A stretch of DNA of 63,317 nt, filler included, from Trichomonas gallinae (lineage: Eukaryota), in NCBI GenBank assembly GCA_008369845.1. It is 3 parts of 3 records of this genome, joined end to end, with 100 filler letters (N's around TTAATTAATTAA, not from the genome) between each part and the next. Parts side by side here need not be neighbours in the genome. Positions count along the whole stretch, not along the records: positions 20,963 to 41,665 come from MRSU01001402.1; 2 more parts are not named here. One strand, written 5' to 3'. Of this stretch, positions 20,863-29,400 are shown piece after piece. The translations under genes and the position numbers were made by a program. Below the pieces are notes generated by a model. It ran no database searches, was not told the DNA's origin, and saw nothing but the letters and a program-made list of their open reading frames with translations. Position 1 is the stretch's first letter; every line of letters begins with the position of its first letter.

Positions 20863-20962
20863 NNNNNNNNNNNNNNNNNNNNNNNNNNNNNNNNNNNNNN
20901 NNNNNNTTAATTAATTAANNNNNNNNNNNNNNNNNNNNNNNNNNNNNNNNNNNNNNNNNNNN
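20863..20962. other. Assembly gap with artificial six-frame stop linker
   Basis: 100-nt block of Ns with TTAATTAATTAA at 20907-20918. Confidence 0.98.
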
Positions 20963-21088
20963 ACACAGGAGTGATTCATATATTGGTCACAAGAATGCGG
21001 CCTTAAAGCATTTCTGTGCTCCAAAAAGACTTCAGTTCTAGGGCCGGTATGATTTTAACGTCATTTCTATCGTCATTGGTACACCTCT
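20963..21088. mobile_element. Possible right end of a DNA transposon related to the MITE at 58475
   Basis: Ends ATCGTCATTGGTACACCTCT versus ATCGTCGTTTCTACACCTCT at the MITE right end, and abuts an assembly gap. Confidence 0.4.
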
Positions 21089-21461
21089 ATCTCAAAGCTT
21101 AAAAATAAAAATTAAAATTCATTAAAATATAAATCATTTTTCTTCTGTTTGACTCGTATATTTATCATTATTTTCGTGCACCTAATGTATATTCTCAAAG
21201 AAACTCGGGCTCATCCCATAATAATAAAAAAAATATATTTAATTTTTCAATATCATAAATGCTCGATGTTATGAAGAGTGAGTATTATAGGGGATGAATG
21301 ATATGTGTAGTAAAACAGCTTTGATAGCCTGTCTTATTCAAAGATGCAATTAAAACTCCGCATTACATAGCTCATTTGGGTTCATGTGAGCGGCTGCACC
21401 TGTTTAATGAATGAGATTTTATCGAAATCATTGATCAAAAAATGTTGATGGAAACTAATCA

Positions 21462-21578
21462 TTTACTTGTCATTTCCTTATTTTATATGTCATATTGATT
21501 ACAAATTGTCACTTTTAAGCCATTTTACGTGTCATTTTCATGTTTTACATGTCATATTGATTAAAATTCGTCACTTTT
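21462..21578 (+). repeat. Two about-62-bp tandem units containing six GTCA(C/T)WTTN motifs upstream of the 21724 gene
   Basis: TTTACTTGTCATTTCC...ATGTCATATTGATTACAAATTGTCACTTTT is repeated as TTTACGTGTCATTTTC...ATGTCATATTGATTAAAATTCGTCACTTTT. Confidence 0.75.
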
Positions 21579-21723
21579 CAAACAATTTATTTTTCTGTTT
21601 TAGGCTAAAAAACTAAACCCAGGATATGACGTTGATTTCGTTTTTCGGAGATTAAAACAACAAATATTTTTTTGAGAGATTTTTCTCGACCAGTTTTTGT
21701 AAACTTTTTAAAATTTATAAAAC

Positions 21724-22686
21724 ATGGATCCATATAAACCACACAGAGCGACGTCATCCACATCAATTGGAAAGATATCAATTGACATCAAGGATGAAGT
21801 GGATGAATCTAAGAATCAAGAAGAACAGCAGATCGACGAATTGATTAATGAATCAACCTGGGTTGCAGGCAAAATCGAAAGTAAGATGCCATCAGCGCCA
21901 AGTTTTGGAGATTTGATGGCTGAGGAACAGACAAAGAAGAAGCAACGAAGGAAAAAACAGACTCCACAATCTGCAGCTCCGGCTCCAGCCGCAATAGAGC
22001 GCCCAGCTTATTCAAATCAGCCATTACGTCAACAGCAGCCATACCCAGAGAACGAAGCAGTCGAAGGTGAAGAAGTTCGGGATGCAACCACAGGAAAAAC
22101 AACATTTATTCCATACGTAAAGGAGGAACAGACTGATAACTTCTACGACGACGGATATATGATGGAAGAACGCCTGCAAAACATGCGCGGCGGATATGGT
22201 CGTGGCGGAAACAGACGTGGAGGCTATGGAAGAAGCGGATACGGTGACAGAAACTACAGAGGAGTATACAGAAGCCAGTCATACAATGGAAGCCAGTTTT
22301 ACGATGATGGTGAAAATAATCGTGACTATGATCGTGGTTCTCGTCCATATGGACACCAAGGCAATCAATTCTATGGTGGTGGAGGCCCACGTTATCATCA
22401 GCCACAGCCAAAATTGAGTGCGGCAGAAAAATATGGTGATTACACAAAGAAAGCTGATAATGCTCCAACAAATCCAGAGGAGAAGTACGGCCCAATACGC
22501 AGGGAGGCAAAGTCAGCGTTTTCTCTCGCGATCGGAGGCAAAACACAGCAACCTGCTCCAAAGCGGCAGCCTGATGTTCCAGCATTTAATCCGATAAAGA
22601 AACAGCCAGAACCGACGAAGCCAGTATCGAAACCTGAAGAGAAACCTGTAGAGAAAGAGGAGGAATGGAATCCAGACGAAGAGTGA
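21724..22686 (+). CDS. Low-complexity, probably disordered protein with RGG/YG segment
   Basis: 320-aa ORF with typical codon usage, RGGYGRGGNRRGGYGRSGYG, and Q/P/E-rich flanks. Confidence 0.85.
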   Translation: MDPYKPHRATSSTSIGKISIDIKDEVDESKNQEEQQIDELINESTWVAGKIESKMPSAPSFGDLMAEEQTKKKQRRKKQTPQSAAPAPAAIERPAYSNQPLRQQQPYPENEAVEGEEVRDATTGKTTFIPYVKEEQTDNFYDDGYMMEERLQNMRGGYGRGGNRRGGYGRSGYGDRNYRGVYRSQSYNGSQFYDDGENNRDYDRGSRPYGHQGNQFYGGGGPRYHQPQPKLSAAEKYGDYTKKADNAPTNPEEKYGPIRREAKSAFSLAIGGKTQQPAPKRQPDVPAFNPIKKQPEPTKPVSKPEEKPVEKEEEWNPDEE

Positions 22687-22819
22687 AGGAAAATATATTG
22701 TATCACAAAATTTATAAATATAAAATCATCTATTGTGCACTTTTGGATATATAATAATGGTTTTTCTGTCTAAATATATTAAAGATTTTACAGGAAAATA
22801 AAAAAAAATATAAATAAAA

Positions 22820-23935
22820 TTATTCTTGAATAACGCGGGTCAAAGATTTTTCTTCTGAAGGCTCTATTTCTGGGTTATTTGCAATAGTGAAGTGAACAAT
22901 ATGACTGTTTTCCTTCAGCATCTCACCAAGCTTAGCAGCTCCGGTTCCAGTGATTTGATTTTCATCAAGAATGAGTGTTGAAAGAGTAGTATTACCAGGA
23001 AGAACACGTGAACCATTTTCTTTTGTCACGCATGTGTTCCATTTGGCTAAAACCGCGGCCATAACTGGAGTTGTTGGATCAAAATTAAGTAAACGCTCTG
23101 TTGGTGCTTTCGCTGGCTGGCCCTTCTTGCCTGTTGTCTTCGGTGGTGCCTTCTTTGGTGGTGCTTTCTGACCTTTCTTGCGTTTAACGAGTGATCCACC
23201 TTCATCTGATATTCTCTGCTTTGATTCTTCGTTCATTAAACGATCAACGATAGCTGATTCCGCTTCTGAAAGAGTGTAGTAACTTAATGCTGATGCAAGA
23301 GCTGCCGCGCCTGCATCTCCAACTCTATTTCTCGATAAACATAAGCATTTTAGACTGCTATTGAAGTAAAGTGCGTTTGCAAGTGCTATTGTTCCATCAT
23401 CACCGAGATGGCAGCCGTAAAGGTTAAGAACTTTGAGATTCGATGTAGTTAATGCGTTGTAAAAGGCGTTAAGAGTTTGTGGGAACGGATTTTGCTTCAT
23501 TGAAATATAATCGTATGGTGTGAGACACTGGTTTCCTCTTAATGATAAAACGTCTAAAGATGGTAAATTCAAAAATGGCAATAAAGCCTCTCTTTGAATT
23601 GGGCTATAATCAAGAGAAATACTTGTTAGCGGAGATTTAACGAGATCTGTGCCCAGTTGCTTGAGGAAAGCAGGATCTAAAATAACGCATGCATATAATG
23701 TAATAGATTGTAGTCTTTGATATCTTTGAAATAGACGAAGGAGAACTTTTCCTAATGCTGGCGAAATATTTTTGTGTGTTAGACGGATTTGTGTTTCAGA
23801 TTGATTTAATGAATTACTGATATCGGTCATAATATCTTCTTCTGTGAAATTTAATGCTTTACAGCTAGCTTGAAATTCAGCAACAATAGGATTGACTTGC
23901 TTCGCTGGAGCGCTCTTTCCCTTTTTGCTGCTCAT
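22820..23935 (-). CDS. RNI-like leucine-rich repeat protein, LRRC71-like
   Basis: LKVLNLYGCHLGDDG..ALANAL and LCLSRNRVGDAGA repeats, interrupted by a basic insert after YTLSEAE, then VLPGNTTLSTLILDENQITGTG. This layout matches LRRC71 as recalled. Confidence 0.85.
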   Translation of the reverse strand: MSSKKGKSAPAKQVNPIVAEFQASCKALNFTEEDIMTDISNSLNQSETQIRLTHKNISPALGKVLLRLFQRYQRLQSITLYACVILDPAFLKQLGTDLVKSPLTSISLDYSPIQREALLPFLNLPSLDVLSLRGNQCLTPYDYISMKQNPFPQTLNAFYNALTTSNLKVLNLYGCHLGDDGTIALANALYFNSSLKCLCLSRNRVGDAGAAALASALSYYTLSEAESAIVDRLMNEESKQRISDEGGSLVKRKKGQKAPPKKAPPKTTGKKGQPAKAPTERLLNFDPTTPVMAAVLAKWNTCVTKENGSRVLPGNTTLSTLILDENQITGTGAAKLGEMLKENSHIVHFTIANNPEIEPSEEKSLTRVIQE

Positions 23936-23953
23936 TAGGAATAACGTATATGT

Positions 23954-24133
23954 GTCACTTTTGGGTACTTGTCACCTTTTATTCTGGCACCTTTATTGGC
24001 ACTTTTTAAACGAATGTCATCTTTTATTTTTGTCACTTTTGTAAATTTTGTCACCTTTTATTGTCGACACTTTTGTTGAATTCGTCAATTTTATTGTCAC
24101 TTTTGTAATATTCGTTACTTTTTTGTCACTTTT
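23954..24133 (+). promoter_or_regulatory. Array of 12 co-oriented GTCACTTTT-like motifs in a divergent promoter
   Basis: Twelve copies (GTCACTTTT, GTCACCTTT, GGCACTTTT and variants) spaced about 12-18 nt apart between the ATGs at 23935(-) and 24151(+). Confidence 0.7.
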
Positions 24134-24150
24134 AATAATTTTTTTTTAAA

Positions 24151-25191
24151 ATGAGTTCTGATAGTGATGAAATTGATATGGCAAGGAATGGACAGAAAGA
24201 TGAAGAATCTATTCAAATGCTCCTTCTTTCCAGGCTAATTTCATCAATTCCAGTTGATCATATCAAAAATATTTATACGAATTTTATACAGAAAGAAGTT
24301 AAAGCGAATATTACATTAGAACAGTGCGAAGAAATGTATCTGAGATGCTTATATGAACCAAATTTCGCTAAAAATATTATTCAAAATCCAAATTTTCTCC
24401 GCAGAACATTCAAATCAGTCGCTCCAACGAAAGAAGAAGAATTTTATGTTTATCTCGTTAAAAGGTACTACGGAACTTTAGCTTTAAGAGAATTATCGAC
24501 AAATTTAAGATCGCATCTTTTATTCCAGCATTCAGATCAGCAAATTAAGAAGATTTATGAATCCATATCAAACATGGATCAAACAAAGCTAAGTCAATTA
24601 GTAGCTCAATACGCATTTCAATTAGCAACAGAAGAACTTCCAGTTGTTAATGAAACATTTACAGAAGAAGAATTGGCTAATGCAGGTGTTAGCAAGGAAC
24701 TATATGAATGGTGGAAGCAATCATTAAACATGCCAGAAGAGCCAGCTCAGCAATCCGAAATTAATTCTGCTTTACTTTGTGATGCAAAGATAGAGACTAT
24801 TGAAAGATCATTAGAGTTCTTAATGCAATCACCATTACCCAATTTTGGTTGGATTAATACAACAGAAAGAGATTATATAGTCAAATCCAAACATTTTCTA
24901 CTGTATGATGAAAAAATAGAAGATACAGATATATTGCTAACGGATTTTCCTGGTTTCGCTAAGCCTGAATCTGGAAATTTCGGAGCGTTGATTATGTTCA
25001 AAAAAGATACTGAATTCTATTTGGAAAATGTAGGAACAGAAACAATAGTTGTAGACGCAATCCCAATTTACGCAAACGAAGTTATTTATCTGAAAGATAA
25101 TAGCGTTATCGAATTTGGAGATGCAGCATGTGTATTTAAGATTAACTGGGTGTTTATTAATAATATTCGTCAAGTAATGGTCGTTCAATAA
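24151..25191 (+). CDS. Microspherule protein (MCRS1/MSP58)-like protein with divergent C-terminal FHA domain
   Basis: N-terminal ITLEQCEEMYLRCLYEP resembles MCRS1 FTLREVQERWYALLYDP. C-terminal FYLENVG...IVVD...LKDNSVIEFG...VFKIN resembles the MCRS1 FHA. Confidence 0.7.
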   Translation: MSSDSDEIDMARNGQKDEESIQMLLLSRLISSIPVDHIKNIYTNFIQKEVKANITLEQCEEMYLRCLYEPNFAKNIIQNPNFLRRTFKSVAPTKEEEFYVYLVKRYYGTLALRELSTNLRSHLLFQHSDQQIKKIYESISNMDQTKLSQLVAQYAFQLATEELPVVNETFTEEELANAGVSKELYEWWKQSLNMPEEPAQQSEINSALLCDAKIETIERSLEFLMQSPLPNFGWINTTERDYIVKSKHFLLYDEKIEDTDILLTDFPGFAKPESGNFGALIMFKKDTEFYLENVGTETIVVDAIPIYANEVIYLKDNSVIEFGDAACVFKINWVFINNIRQVMVVQ

Positions 25192-25475
25192 ATAATAAAA
25201 AATAAAATTGTATTTTGTTAATTATACCCCTCAAATGTATTTGATTATAAACTGTTCATCATTGTTTTGTATCTGCAGTTTTATTTTAAGCAATAATTTA
25301 AAATTCCCTTTATTTGAGTTAGCAGCCCCTATTTTATATCACCCCTGTTTTAAAAATGTAGCCCCTATATTTATTTTGTGAATCCCAACGATTATTTTGT
25401 AAAGTTTATTATACAATTAAAAAAGGGGTGAATCCTTTTTAGCTCACTTTTTTGGGGTCCGGACCATAAAAATTA

Positions 25476-25973
25476 ATGTTGCAAGATTTTTTGCAGGAAT
25501 TCAAAAAGGCCCAGGAGCAAGCTGCTGCAGCCAATCAGCCTAAGCAGGAGGAGATTCCTCCAGAGGTTGAAGATGGAATTCCATTACCTCCAGGTTTTAC
25601 GACCCAAGTTGTTAATTTTTCAAAACCGGAAGGAATTGGTAAGATCCAAGAAATAGAGGAGCTTGAAATTAACTACATTCTCTATGGAACTATCAGATCT
25701 AACCTTCAGAGCATTATTGTCGCATTTATCATGAGCTACATATTTATGGTCATTAACAATATCATGGGCTGGACTAAGGCCGCTTATGGATTGTTTAACC
25801 AAGCCTTTTCATCAAGAAAACTCAATTTCCAACAAAAATTAATCCTCATCGCCGAAGGACTGAGCTTTATTGCACTATCCTTGTACAAGGCTTACTCATG
25901 TGGAATCATAGGATTCAGTCCTCCTGCTCCAGTAGAAGTTGTTACTATTCCATTTTTTGTTGTGAATGAATAG
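25476..25973 (+). CDS. ER membrane complex subunit 4-like membrane protein
   Basis: PPGF motif, two hydrophobic segments, and QQKLILIA..LSFIALSLYKAYSCGIIG resembling the EMC4 end LALAVYKCQSMGLLP. Confidence 0.6.
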   Translation: MLQDFLQEFKKAQEQAAAANQPKQEEIPPEVEDGIPLPPGFTTQVVNFSKPEGIGKIQEIEELEINYILYGTIRSNLQSIIVAFIMSYIFMVINNIMGWTKAAYGLFNQAFSSRKLNFQQKLILIAEGLSFIALSLYKAYSCGIIGFSPPAPVEVVTIPFFVVNE

Positions 25974-26501
25974 CCACTTTTGAATACTATAATATATGAA
26001 TATGAGTCATGTTTCTATTACATAAATCTGCTTTTAAAATTTATTTTAAATTTATTATATAAAATTATTTTATATTAAAAAAAACACCTTGATTTATCTA
26101 GAACCTACAAGCTCGAAGCTTTGGTTTCAAAAATTGAAAATAATTCTTCTAAAATAACAATCAACCAAATATTTTTAAAAATTAAATCATAGTTACAAAG
26201 TTTACATACCAAATTTTGTCTTAATATGTAAATGCAAAGTGTTTGGAGACATTAACGTCAAAAAAATATCAAAATATAAGAAATATTGTTGGAGTTACGT
26301 TCAATAATACTGTGATTATTACAGAATTACATGCAATGATATCGATTTGATTATCGTTATGCTTTATTATTGTTATGGAAATTTATCTCAATTTTTATTA
26401 GTTTGCCCAGAGCAAGAAAAGAAAATATTTTAACTATTACATGGATGTCGATATAATTAAAATACGCGAAATACTTTTAAACTATAATAAAAAATAACAA
26501 A

Positions 26502-28613
26502 TTAGAAGTCCATATTATTCATAAACTGGTCATCTTCGTTCGAGAGGTCAATATCCTGCTCAATTGTTGAGTCATGGTTTGTGATGTTAACCCTTGTTTG
26601 TCCTAAGCTTATATCTGAGGAATATGTTTCGCTTATATCAGATGAATAGAAAAGATCAGAGTTGGATTTGCTACGTCTGTAAAGTGTCAAACCAATAGCA
26701 GCCAAGATCCAGAAGATGAGCATACCAACTGTAACAAATAATATAAGTCTCCATGCCTCGATTTGTCGTACTGCCACTGTATCTTCGACAATGAGTTCGA
26801 TAATAATATTTGTCTCAGTTAATGTATAGATATATGTCATGATGTATATATATGTACGAGTTCCATCCCGCTCGACATAATACGATGCATTAGTGTAAAC
26901 GTTTGTAGAAATATTTGATTTTGTTTCAACGCTGGTTATCTTATCATTTTTGCCAGGTTCTCCTTCTGCATGAAATTCTTGCGGTGTGTGAGTAGGGGCA
27001 GGTGGAGCAGGAGTTGCATGGAGAGTTCGCTCTGGTGACGAAGATGGAGTTGATGATGGAGTAGATGATGGAGTGGATGATGGTGTTGAAGATGGAGTGG
27101 ATGATGGAGTGAATGATGGAGTAGATGATGGCGTTGAAGATGGAGTGGATGATGGTGTTGAAGATGGCGTTGAAGATGGAGTAGATGATGGCGTTGAAGA
27201 TGGAGTAGATGATGGCGTTGAAGATGGAGTAGATGATGGTGTTGAAGATGGAGTGGATGATGGTGTTGAAGATGGAGTATCAGCTGCTGTATGTATTTTT
27301 TCTGTAAAACTTTTTACTGTAAGATGTTGAGTTGTTGGGTAAACTATATATGACATTGATATTGGCTGTGGAAGCCTAGTGATTTGTGTTGCAAAATAAG
27401 TGAATGCAGATGGTGATGGGACAGATGAAGTTGCATTATGGTTTCCTGAATTTGACGTTGTTGCTACAGATTGTATAGTTGGATTAGTTAAATTGTATTG
27501 GTTTTCCGATTTATAGCCTTCATCTATTTTACAAGCATTTGTTTTATTTGGTTCATCTGAGCACCATTGTCTATTTACATTTCCATCCGCATATATGGAA
27601 TATTCCAATGGATTAATTATATTTCCGCATGACATCCAATTGATATGATTGTTACTCTGAAAAACATGCAACATAATATCATGCCCGTCACCTTTATATA
27701 TTGTAGTACTTTCTTCAGATCCAATATATTTAATATAGTTATTATTGAAACAGCAGCTATATGTAATAACTGTTGATTTTTGAATAGGACTGTTTAAAGG
27801 TTGGATAAAGTAGAGAGCTCCGCCACCTCTTTGTCGATTTTTGTTATAATTTTGTTGATTGTATATTATATTGTTTGTATCGAATATCGTCTTATTATTA
27901 ATTGTCCGGTTTTCATTTGAAATTCCTTGAAAATATCCATCAAATTTAACTTTATTATGTTGGAATAAACATTGCGCAAAATGAGCAATATTAAAAATAT
28001 CGGTTTCAACTGCACCACCAACAAATCCAGCGTGATTTTCAATAAATTGAGAATGCTGTATATAAAAGTCGTCGATAGTACATGCAGATATTGCTCCTCC
28101 GGAAACTTTTGCAATGTTATTAGAGAAATTAGAATCATAAATGTATAATGAATTAGATAATTCTAACTCTGGATTCTCATTTCTAAAATAACCTTCAAAA
28201 TAAATTGCACCAGCAGATTTTTCGGCCGTATTTCTCTCGCAATAAATTTTTTTGAATAGTGCATCTGATGCAACCAGACAAATAGCGCCACCTGTTATTG
28301 CTTTATTACAGGTAAAATTTTTCTTATTATTATCATCAGAAGCTCTAATTTGGCAGTGATAGCAATATATTGCACCTCCTGACCCAGGATCTAAACCAGC
28401 TCCAAATGCATAGTTATCGTTAAATGTTGTTTCATTTGATAAGATAATACTCGAGTAGAAATATTCATAAGGGCGCGAAATCGAACTGGTTCCTGTCGAA
28501 ATAATGGCACCTATTTCTAGCTTGCCTCTAAAATCATCACCTGTATCGTTATAATCGTTTTGAATGAAAGCTGGTTCTTTTATAGCAATCAAAAACGCGA
28601 TATAAGATAGCAT
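26502..28613 (-). CDS. Polymorphic membrane protein (Pmp)-like surface protein with S/T/P stalk and TM anchor
   Basis: Signal-like N-terminus and repeated FxxN...GGAI/GGAV/GGAL motifs. These are followed by a (TPSS)n stalk, TM LILFVTVGMLIFWILAAIGLTLY and an acidic cytosolic tail. Confidence 0.9.
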   Translation of the reverse strand: MLSYIAFLIAIKEPAFIQNDYNDTGDDFRGKLEIGAIISTGTSSISRPYEYFYSSIILSNETTFNDNYAFGAGLDPGSGGAIYCYHCQIRASDDNNKKNFTCNKAITGGAICLVASDALFKKIYCERNTAEKSAGAIYFEGYFRNENPELELSNSLYIYDSNFSNNIAKVSGGAISACTIDDFYIQHSQFIENHAGFVGGAVETDIFNIAHFAQCLFQHNKVKFDGYFQGISNENRTINNKTIFDTNNIIYNQQNYNKNRQRGGGALYFIQPLNSPIQKSTVITYSCCFNNNYIKYIGSEESTTIYKGDGHDIMLHVFQSNNHINWMSCGNIINPLEYSIYADGNVNRQWCSDEPNKTNACKIDEGYKSENQYNLTNPTIQSVATTSNSGNHNATSSVPSPSAFTYFATQITRLPQPISMSYIVYPTTQHLTVKSFTEKIHTAADTPSSTPSSTPSSTPSSTPSSTPSSTPSSTPSSTPSSTPSSTPSSTPSSTPSSTPSFTPSSTPSSTPSSTPSSTPSSTPSSSPERTLHATPAPPAPTHTPQEFHAEGEPGKNDKITSVETKSNISTNVYTNASYYVERDGTRTYIYIMTYIYTLTETNIIIELIVEDTVAVRQIEAWRLILFVTVGMLIFWILAAIGLTLYRRSKSNSDLFYSSDISETYSSDISLGQTRVNITNHDSTIEQDIDLSNEDDQFMNNMDF
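27039..27278 (-). repeat. Coding 12-bp minisatellite, about 20 copies, encoding (TPSS)n
   Basis: Plus strand GA(T/A)GATGG(A/T/C)GT(A/G/T) tandem units; one copy encodes TPSF. Confidence 0.95.
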
Positions 28614-29400
28614 GATGAAAATTTATTAAATTGAGAATCCTAACCGCAAAATTGTGGCAAAACGTGTCAGAGATATTTCCAGTGTGTTACATGGATCTAT
28701 TAATTGGAGATTTTCTTCTCAAAAAATAAATCACAGTTTTAGCATTTTTTCCAACAAAAAATAGCATCATTACCGTGATATTTAATGATCATAAAATCAG
28801 TTGACAAATGATGGCAAACAAAACTTTTTACGGGTGTGGGAGCATAATAAAATAAATGGAAAATTAATACAATATAGTTAATTATCATTTTCATTTTGAA
28901 ATTGAAATATTATTGAATTAAAATTAATCGTAGTTAACTTGTTTTTTTCTGAGAAAACGGATTGACAGTATACTGTAAATGGAAACATATTAATAAATCC
29001 ATTTTAAACATTAATTTATCATCATGTAAAACAGATTGGAAGAAATTGGTCGTTAGGACACTATCTTTTAACATGATAATATACTGCTCATACTGAAGTA
29101 ATATATAGCTGAAATTGCGTAATCTACGATGTAATTTGATTTTTCATATGATAAAGTTGCTTAATTTTAACTTTGAAATGCTGAACTATCTTTTGCTCCT
29201 CTATCAAAAAACAATAGCGAATAGCAATTAATAAAATTAGATTTTTCAAAAAAAAATTTCGAAATCTGAAATATGAAATTAAATAAAACTTGATACTGGT
29301 GTGATAAATATGATACACTACAGTAATATAACTGCTAAATAATGATAAAATATCTTTACGTTCTTATAACAAAAAAAATTAAATTAAAAACATAAAATAA

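Noticed and set aside
20907..20918. TTAATTAATTAA palindrome inside N runs (also 41710-41721) and ORF 20721-20918
   Set aside because: Artificial scaffold linker giving stops in all frames; not biological.
21290..21415. GTGTAGTA (U2-like branch-pairing motif) or snoRNA candidate
   Set aside because: Flanks do not match U2 or box C/D layouts; KTALI/KTPHYIA-like codons suggest at most a decayed ankyrin fragment.
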